64,000 nt of DNA from Eledone cirrhosa (taxonomy: Eukaryota), in the NCBI GenBank assembly GCA_964016885.1, contig OZ024740.1:47058001-47122000 (forward strand), written 5' to 3'. Both the position numbers and the translations under genes were made by a program. The first letter of the stretch is position 1, and each line of letters opens with the position of its first letter. Below are positions 55,622 to 64,000 of this stretch, in pieces. The notes under the pieces were generated by a model, which worked only from the letters and a program-made list of their open reading frames with translations, had not been told where the DNA came from and ran no database searches.

Positions 55622-56585
55622 TCATCACAGGGTATTGCGAAAGGAAGTCTCGACTTCGGGATGCTCGAAAAGCGAGTCTGGTTAAATCCGGGTATCACGA
55701 AAAACACAAAGCTCTCTGTGTATGAGGCCTGTGTTCTTACAGCTCTGCTATACGCATGCGAAACGTGAACAACTTACGGACATCATATCAGACAGTTGGA
55801 AAGATTTCATCACCATTGTATACGTCGCATCCTGAACATCATGTGATCCTCTCACACACATGATGGAGCGGTAGTTGAGAAAGTGGGTAGCACCAGTATT
55901 GAGAGGAGGATTATTATGAACCAGATGCGTTGGGCTCGCCATGTGGTCAGGGTGGAAGATGTAAGGCTGCCTAAACAGTTATTTCATGGGGAGTTGGCCA
56001 GAGGAAAAAGGCCACAGCATAAACCAAAGAAGTGGTTTAAGGATGTCCTAAAAGACAATCATAAAGCTCTGAAGATTGATTTGGAGAACTGGGAGAGAGT
56101 GGCCGAAGGCCGTACATCATGGAGAGAGATCATCAAGTATGGATGTGATTTATTTGCGTAAAAGTGAGTGGAGCATTCTATTTTGAAGTGTTTACTTCGT
56201 AAGCGAGACTCAAGTGCAATGCTTACAAAAATTCAACAAGAATTGAGGTTCAATGTATGTGGCCGATTTCTTCTAACAAGAGCTGGTTTTGTTAACTATC
56301 TGAAATCACACGAAACGGAGAGAAATCGAGCCAACTGTGAGATGGTTCTACCACCATACACTCCATGGCACATTTGAAGTGAGTGTGGCTTGATTTGGAA
56401 ATCAGACATGGTAAAATGCATGAAGACACACCCCAGCCGGTTTTACCAGGAGACAAACAGTTCAAGTGTCACATCTATGAACGTACCTGCAAAACAAAAG
56501 CGGATCTGAAAAAAGTCACCTGCGTGCACATGATCGTGCAACGTTCAATGAAGGGATGGCACTCTCCTGACAAGAAGTAGCAATC
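55622..56585 (+). mobile_element. RTE (BovB-like) LINE 3' fragment
   Basis: TKLSVYEACVLTALLYACET, QMRWARHVVRVEDVRLPKQLFHGEL, C2H2-like tail and then (CA)n. Confidence 0.88.
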
Positions 56586-56620
56586 AACACACACACACAC
56601 ACGCACACACGCACACACGC

Positions 56621-56667
<47 letters not shown>

Positions 56668-56831
56668 GTTGTGTGCAGGAATGGATGTTATTGTATATAA
56701 CGTCATGATTTCTGACTCAGCCGAGGTCCGCTGTGCCTTTCATCCTTTCCAGGTCAATAAAGAAAGTGTCTGATCATGACTGCACGCACATAACACCTTT
56801 AGCTACATGATACATACTACCAAGTCGTACT

Positions 56832-56899
<68 letters not shown>

Positions 56900-56900
56900 A

Positions 56901-56986
<86 letters not shown>

Positions 56987-56989
56987 TAA

Positions 56990-57120
56990 AGGTGCATGGC
57001 TGAGTGGTTAGAGAATTTAATTCGCAATCGTGAGGTTGTGAGTTTGATTCCCGGACCAGGCAATGCTTTATGTCCCTGGGAAAGACACTTTATTTCACGT
57101 TGCTCCTACTTGGAGTTGCG
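56990..57120 (+). mobile_element. tRNA-derived CORE-type SINE
   Basis: TGGCTGAGTGGTTAG, GAGTTTGATTCCC and GACACTTTATTTCACGTTGCTCC. Confidence 0.7.
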
Positions 57121-57328
57121 GTTTGTTTGTTTACAAACAAACCGACCATTATAATAAATGTTCGGTAAACCGATACGTGCATATATATATGTGTGCATGT
57201 ATGTATATATATACATACTACTGTACGTCTGTATACATATATGTATGTACGTATACATACATATATACTTACATTTAAGTAACTGCCGTACTAAGAGTGA
57301 GAAATGAAATTTCGTTTCATTCTATTCC

Positions 57329-57434
<106 letters not shown>

Positions 57435-57554
57435 ATATATATACGCATACATATATGCATACATATATATATACAATATAATCTGTAGAAAGGATAACCC
57501 TGAGAATAAACATTAAAATGTTTCAGTGATGTGGAGGACATATGCGTATATAAT

Positions 57555-58570
57555 ATGAAAAAGTACTAGTGGAATGTTCCAGGCAGAACCCCAATAAAAT
57601 GCAAATGTAACAGACAAACCATAGTCATATGAGACCGAGAAAAGAAGGCATGTACAGTAGTGATAATCAGCTGCCCACCAGATGTCTATATTATGCTAAA
57701 GGTTAGCGAATAGGAGAATATTTATGCTGAACTAATGCGAAATTTGCAGATACTCCACCCTAACTATATCTTTAGATTTGTACCTGTGATCATTCGGGCT
57801 TTGGCATATGTTACTAACTGCCTCAGTACAAATCTTGAAAAGCTAGGCTTCACAGAACCAGAAAGGCTAGTAAGCAAGTTGCAAGTACAGTTCATTAATG
57901 AGACTAAAGTTATGTAAAACATTTCAGAAATTCAGCTTGTATTATCTGAATATACACATATATAGATACAGAAACATGTGCATGTGTACACATATAACTC
58001 AACACACAGATCCACACATGGAATAACATTCATACCTGCACACGTGTACATACTAACATATACAGATATACAATTGATGTTGTCTAAATTGCAACGAAAG
58101 AAATTGGTTTCTATGTTAGAAATCGGTTTTCTCTCTATTGGGGAAATTTTATGAAATAATAAAACCAGAAGAACATACATACATACATACATACATAAAA
58201 TATGTAAAACATTCCAAAAATTCTGCATCTAATAACTGCATGTACACATGTACAGATACAAGGCATATGCACATGCACACATATAACTCAGAACATCCAC
58301 ATCCACACATACAATGACATTCATACCTACACACATATGTATGCAGACATGCATATATATCTACCTAGTTGATGTATAAATCCCAACGAGAGTCTTGTAT
58401 CTATGTTAGAAACCGACTCTTTACCTATTAGTAAAGATTCATAAAATTATAAAACCAGAACATACATACATACATACATACATAATGGGATGACAATATC
58501 TTTTCTTTTACAACTTTGCCACCAGGAAGGTGGCCAGTCAAAAATGTACTCGAAATTAAGAGAAAGCGGA
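57555..58570 (+). mobile_element. Three tandem R4/Dong-like 3' fragments separated by (CATA)n
   Basis: 57555-58173, 58196-58461 and 58483-58570. Homologous to 31062-31728 and 31990-32080. Confidence 0.8.
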
Positions 58571-59000
58571 TATACATATATACATACATACATATATAAA
58601 CGGTGTAACAAACGAAATAATACAAAGAATGTCATGTATGTTATCCTAATGTAATCTCAAACATTACATTATTTCTTTATGTTTTGGTATATCAAATTGT
58701 TATCTCGTTTCATAATCCTGCTAACAAACTGAATTTCTGTTTATTATTGTCAGGATGCCATAACTGTAAGATTAGAGGTCCACATTATTTTTAGAGCTAC
58801 CTCTCACTTGGATCTAGGACATTCTTCGGAATTTGGTAAATTCCAAAACAGTGATCTTAATGAAAACGGAAGAAAGAGTTGTGGAATAAATAGTTAAGGC
58901 AAAAAGAATCATTATACAAATAGTCCATAACAGAGTTACTCTTCAATAAATACATACGCCAACACAGACGCATACACATGTACCCACATACGTACTTGTA

Positions 59001-59094
<94 letters not shown>

Positions 59095-59137
59095 TATATA
59101 TATATACACACATATATATACATACATACACGCAAAT

Positions 59138-59179
<42 letters not shown>

Positions 59180-59357
59180 TTTGGAACCTTTATTACTCAC
59201 ATAGTTTTCCTATTGTGTTAATTTGTCAAGTGATTCTATATATTTGAATGTATTATTTGTTAATAAACAATCCTACTCTAGGTCACCCCAGCCCACCGAC
59301 AATTCCTAAACACATCAAAAATATATGCATATGTGCGCATATATCCTTATTTAATTC

Positions 59358-60006
<649 letters not shown>

Positions 60007-60017
60007 ATATATATATC

Positions 60018-60291
60018 GTATCGTATGGACCCGAAATTCTCGATAGAGTCGTAGGGGCGGCATATTGACAGACGGCGTTTCTAGGGCATATTTTAAACCT
60101 GGCAAAAGCCATCTCCTCTCCAGGTCTGAATTCAGTGGATTTCTTCCAGAGAAGGATAGAGAGAGCGAGAGAAAGTATGTGAAATAGATATAGAGAAAGA
60201 ATCGACCCCAGTACTTGACTGGTACTTTGACAAAATTGACCGTAGCGGGATTTGAACTCAGAGAGCAGAGAGCTGAAATTAATACTACAAA

Positions 60292-60297
<6 letters not shown>
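60018..60297 (-). mobile_element. SINE of the 2361-2665 subfamily
   Basis: Shares the tail and GGGATTTGAACTCAG. Confidence 0.7.
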
Positions 60298-60378
<81 letters not shown>

Positions 60379-60424
60379 GAAATGACAGGAGGCTGGCCTT
60401 GTGTAAATCCTTGAAAGGTTTATT

Positions 60425-60482
60425 ATACTCTGATCATTTCAATGACCGGGTTCCGTATGAATCCGGTGATATCATCAGGTAT
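60425..60482 (-). ncRNA. Type I hammerhead with a mutated cleavage site, in a pLTR-like fragment (60372-60606)
   Basis: Reverse complement: ATAC-CTGATGA-TATCACCGGATTC/GAACCCGGTCATT-GAAA-TGATCA-GA-GTAT. Confidence 0.6.
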
Positions 60483-60640
60483 TCGAAATATAATAAGTGA
60501 ATGTAATAGATAAAATCCATGGGGCTGAAAATCAAAGACCCGAGGACGACCGCCATCCAGTATCTTCCACCTTTGCCGGTCGCCCTCAAGTGACTTGGCT
60601 AAAGCCATATATATACATATATTACCCGTATATATACATA

Positions 60641-61564
60641 TATTACCCGTATAGAAAGCCGAATGATACGCTTAATTACATAAGTAAGCATTCCAACCAT
60701 CCTGCCAGCATAACCAAGAACCTGGTAAGAAACGTTTCGTTGAGGCTTTCCCGTCTTTCCACCAACGAGCGCATTTTCAACGACCATTCCACTTATTACA
60801 ACGAAGCTCTTGCTCGAAGTGGATTTGTCGATAAGGTAGCATATACAGAGTATGAAAATAGACCTAGAAGAAATAGATCCCGTCGCATTTGTTGGTTTAA
60901 CCCACCATATAATATGGAGGTGGCCACACCATTAGCTAAGATCTTTCTTTCCCTTATTACGAAGCATTTTCCCCCTACACATAAATATAGTAAACTTTTT
61001 ACTAGAAATACTATTAAAATTTCTTACTCTACGACTCCTAACCTTGCACATAACATCACAGCTTCAAATTTAGCTAAACTACCTAGCCGTAGGAACACGT
61101 GCAACCCTGTAGTTAGTACTAACTGTAATTGTATGAATCGGGCTGATTGCCCCCTATCCGGGAAATGCCTCTCTAGTAACATTGTCTACAAATGTAAGGT
61201 TGTAACACCCACGTCCCGTAGGGCCTACATAGGGTTAACCGCCAATAGTTTCAAGCAGCGTCTTTACATGCATACCCATTCTTTTCGTTACCCCCTAAGA
61301 AGGAATATGACGTCACTTTCAGCTTATATCTGGAGTCTAAAAGATAACCACACCCAATATAAGTTACACTGGGAGATCCTAGCTAGGGCTAGATCGTATA
61401 ACGGAAATAAAAGACCATGTGACCTCTGCGCCGCTGAGGCCCTGGAAATACTCTACGCTACAGACCACATCTTAAACAAAAAATCTGAGGCAATTTCGGC
61501 TTGTAAACATAAATTGCACAAAACTTTCCTGTATTACAGCCCCACGTTATACCCTAACGGATAG
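60641..61564 (+). CDS. 5'-truncated PLE ORF (RT thumb plus GIY-YIG endonuclease), uninterrupted
   Basis: YYPYRKPN..YI...SNHP, WFNPPY, KHFP..HKY..F.RNTIKISYS, C.C....CPL.GKC...NIVY...YIG....FKQR...H, CDLC..E. The upstream part of track ORF 60497 is unrelated fused sequence. Confidence 0.9.
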   Translation, partial: YYPYRKPNDTLNYISKHSNHPASITKNLVRNVSLRLSRLSTNERIFNDHSTYYNEALARSGFVDKVAYTEYENRPRRNRSRRICWFNPPYNMEVATPLAKIFLSLITKHFPPTHKYSKLFTRNTIKISYSTTPNLAHNITASNLAKLPSRRNTCNPVVSTNCNCMNRADCPLSGKCLSSNIVYKCKVVTPTSRRAYIGLTANSFKQRLYMHTHSFRYPLRRNMTSLSAYIWSLKDNHTQYKLHWEILARARSYNGNKRPCDLCAAEALEILYATDHILNKKSEAISACKHKLHKTFLYYSPTLYPNG

Positions 61565-62648
61565 CACGATCTATACGTGGATATTTTACGTCTTGATGTG
61601 GGAGCTAAGTATATGTTTTGTTTATTCCTTTACTTATTTGCATAGGTAAGTATATATTACCCGTATGTTTTGTGAAGGTATGTATACCTTCTCGTACGTA
61701 TATTTGACTGTTATAGCGTATAATTTTTACATATTCTGGTATTTAGGGTTTGGCTATGTGTATACGGGAGTTTTGCGTCCGCGTGAGTGTGCAGGTTCGT
61801 ACGTATGGTGGGTGTGTGTATATGTGTACTTCTTGTTTTAGTTGACTTACGTCTCCGAACATTCGTGTATTTATATGTAGGTATGCGTGTGCGCTTGTTA
61901 TATACGTATTTATTTACTTATACACGTTTATATAATTATTTATTTATTTGTACACAAGCATACACACACACACATATTTATATGTGCGTGGTTTTGTATA
62001 CCCATGGTAAGGTTTTGCGTATGCTTGTGTATGTACGTATCTGTTTGCATGTATGTATTATTTGTTTCTATTACTTCTGTATTGTATTTATTTACTTTGT
62101 TCTTAACTCTGTAGCGGAGATTCATTTGGTCTCCTAGTTAGAATTTTAGTCTACGATTTCTGCTATACCATTTACGTGGTTTTGTCTTTGCGTGCTATTG
62201 TTCTCCACGCTCCACATATGACTTATTATCTTCGTTTTTTCGTTCATTGCCAGAGAACGTCTCTATGCACCACCTAAGAGAACATTAGTCTACGACCTCT
62301 TTTATACCATAAACGTGGTTTTGTCTTTGCGCGTAATTGTTTTTCACCGCTCCTATTAATGACGTATTATTCGTTTTTTCCCGTTCTTTGCCAGCGAACG
62401 TTACCACGATCCAAAGTATCGTCTTCCTGTCTTCCTCCGGTTGCAACGTTTTTTGAAATATCCAGTTCTGCGTTTACAGATTGACTTTGTTAGTTTCAGA
62501 AGATCCCGTTAAGGGTGAAAGCAGCGATTCTTTGCTTAAACTTTAATCTGTTATTTTAATAAATATTTGCTCTACGGTTCTTATATATTTGATATATATT
62601 TTCCTTATCGAGCCCTCTTTGGATTTTAGTCTTCAATTTTATTATTAT

Positions 62649-62652
<4 letters not shown>
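61565..62652 (+). mobile_element. PLE 3' UTR/pLTR with an internal ~139-bp tandem duplication and an HHR variant (62492-62542)
   Basis: Units start at ~62147 and ~62286. Ends in (TA)n. Confidence 0.75.
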
Positions 62653-62702
<50 letters not shown>

Positions 62703-62708
<6 letters not shown>

Positions 62709-63458
62709 TAAAATAGCAGATTAAAGTTTAAGCAAAGAATCGCTGCTTTCACCCTTAACGGGATCTTCTGAAACTAACAAAGTCAATCTGTAAACGCAGA
62801 AGTGGATATTTCAAAAAACGTTGCAACCGGAGGAAGACAGGAAGACGATACTTTGGTTCGTGGAAACGTTCGCTGGCAAAGATCGGGAAAAAACGAATAT
62901 AATACGTCATTAATAGGAGCGGTGAAAAACAATTACGCGCAAAGACAGAACCACGTTTATGGTATCAAAGAAGTCGTAGACTAATGTTCTCTTAGGTGGT
63001 TCATAGAGACGTTCTCTGGCAATGAACGAAAAAAACGAAGATAATACGTCATATGTGGAGCGTGGAGAACAATTACACGCAAAGACAAAACCACGTAAAT
63101 ATACAGCTATACCATTTACGTGGTTTTGTCTTTGCGTGCAATTGTTCTCCACGCTCCACATATGACGTATTATCTTCGTTTTTCCGTTCTTTGCCAGGGA
63201 ACGTTTCCACGAATCAAAGTATCGTCTTCCTGTCTTCCTCCGGTTGCAACGTTTTTTGAAATATCCACTTCTGCGTTTACAGATTGACTTTGTTAGTTTC
63301 AGAAGATGCCGTTAAGGGTGAAAGCAGCGATTCTTTGTTTAAACTTTAATCTGTTATTTTAATAAATATTTGCTCTACGGTTCTTATATATTTCATATAT
63401 ATTTATCCTTATCGAGCCCGCTTTGGATTTTAGTCTTCAAATTTATTATTATTACTAT

Positions 63459-63460
<2 letters not shown>
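62703..63460. mobile_element. Fold-back copy of the same pLTR
   Basis: Inverted arm 62703-63099 and direct arm 63106-63460. Confidence 0.88.
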
Positions 63461-63499
<39 letters not shown>

Positions 63500-63628
63500 A
63501 ATAATTGCACACACACCCACATATATTAATAACAATCTTCATTTTCCTGCTAAGAGTTATGTCATCTTAGTGTGTTTTTTTTTACAGTTTATAAACATTT
63601 TTTTTTTATTACTTTAAATCTCTTATTA

Positions 63629-63790
63629 TAGGTGGTTAATTGGCTGAACAGTTAAAATATCGCATAGAGCATTTTGCAGTATAGATTCCGGTTTCTGTAA
63701 GGTCAACTTTGCCTTTCAACCTTTCGAGGTCGATAAATAAAGCGCAACTCCAGTACTGGGGTCGACTGTATCTTTATATCTTCTCGCCTC
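63629..63790 (+). mobile_element. Meta-domain SINE
   Basis: AGGTCAACTTTGCCTTTCAACCTTTCGAGGTCGATAAATAAA. Confidence 0.7.
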
Positions 63791-63799
63791 TTGCGTGAA

Positions 63800-63945
63800 A
63801 GCGCACGGCTTAGTGGTTAAGGCATTGGGCTTACAATCGAAAGGTTGTGAGTTAAATTCTAGGACCGGGTGATGTATTGTTTCCTTGAGCAAGACACTTA
63901 ATTTAACGTTGCTCCAGTTTACTCAGCTGTAGAAATGAGATGATA
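63800..63945 (+). mobile_element. tRNA-derived CORE-type SINE
   Basis: GGCTTAGTGGTTAAGG and CCTTGAGCAAGACACTTAATTTAACGTTGCTCCAGTTTACTCAGCTGTAGAAATGAG. Confidence 0.8.
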
Positions 63946-64000
63946 AGACTGGTGTCCCTATCATTAAATCACGCAAGACACCTCCAACAAGATATACCTT

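Noticed and set aside
60497-60640. N-terminus of the 355-aa ORF as a real start
   Set aside because: It comes from an unrelated antisense pLTR-like fragment and TA junction sequence. PLE homology starts at YYPYRKP.

Overview
AT-rich animal intergenic or intronic DNA with no recognisable host exon. The repeat content (Meta-domain and CORE-type tRNA-SINEs, dense (TA)n/(CA)n/(TATG)n arrays) fits a coleoid cephalopod, probably Octopus; this is inference. Almost all ORFs in the track are microsatellite artefacts. The real coding remnants are transposon-derived: three GIY-YIG Penelope-like elements (PLEs), RTE, R4/Dong, CR1/L2-like and CRE-like LINE fragments, plus a possible decayed LRR gene. The main signal is a (TA)n-targeted set of PLE-related elements carrying about 20 hand-folded hammerhead ribozyme (HHR) motifs, intact or degenerate, from at least 10 sequence families. 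They take three forms. (i) Head-to-head fold-back insertions. (ii) Terminally redundant non-coding units of 477-660 bp, with an HHR in two of the three families and one family circularly permuted, resembling retrozymes copied from circular RNA. (iii) Two related families whose HHR strands are in a non-circularly permuted, pseudoknotted order, with covarying stems. All RNA structures were folded by eye and are untested.
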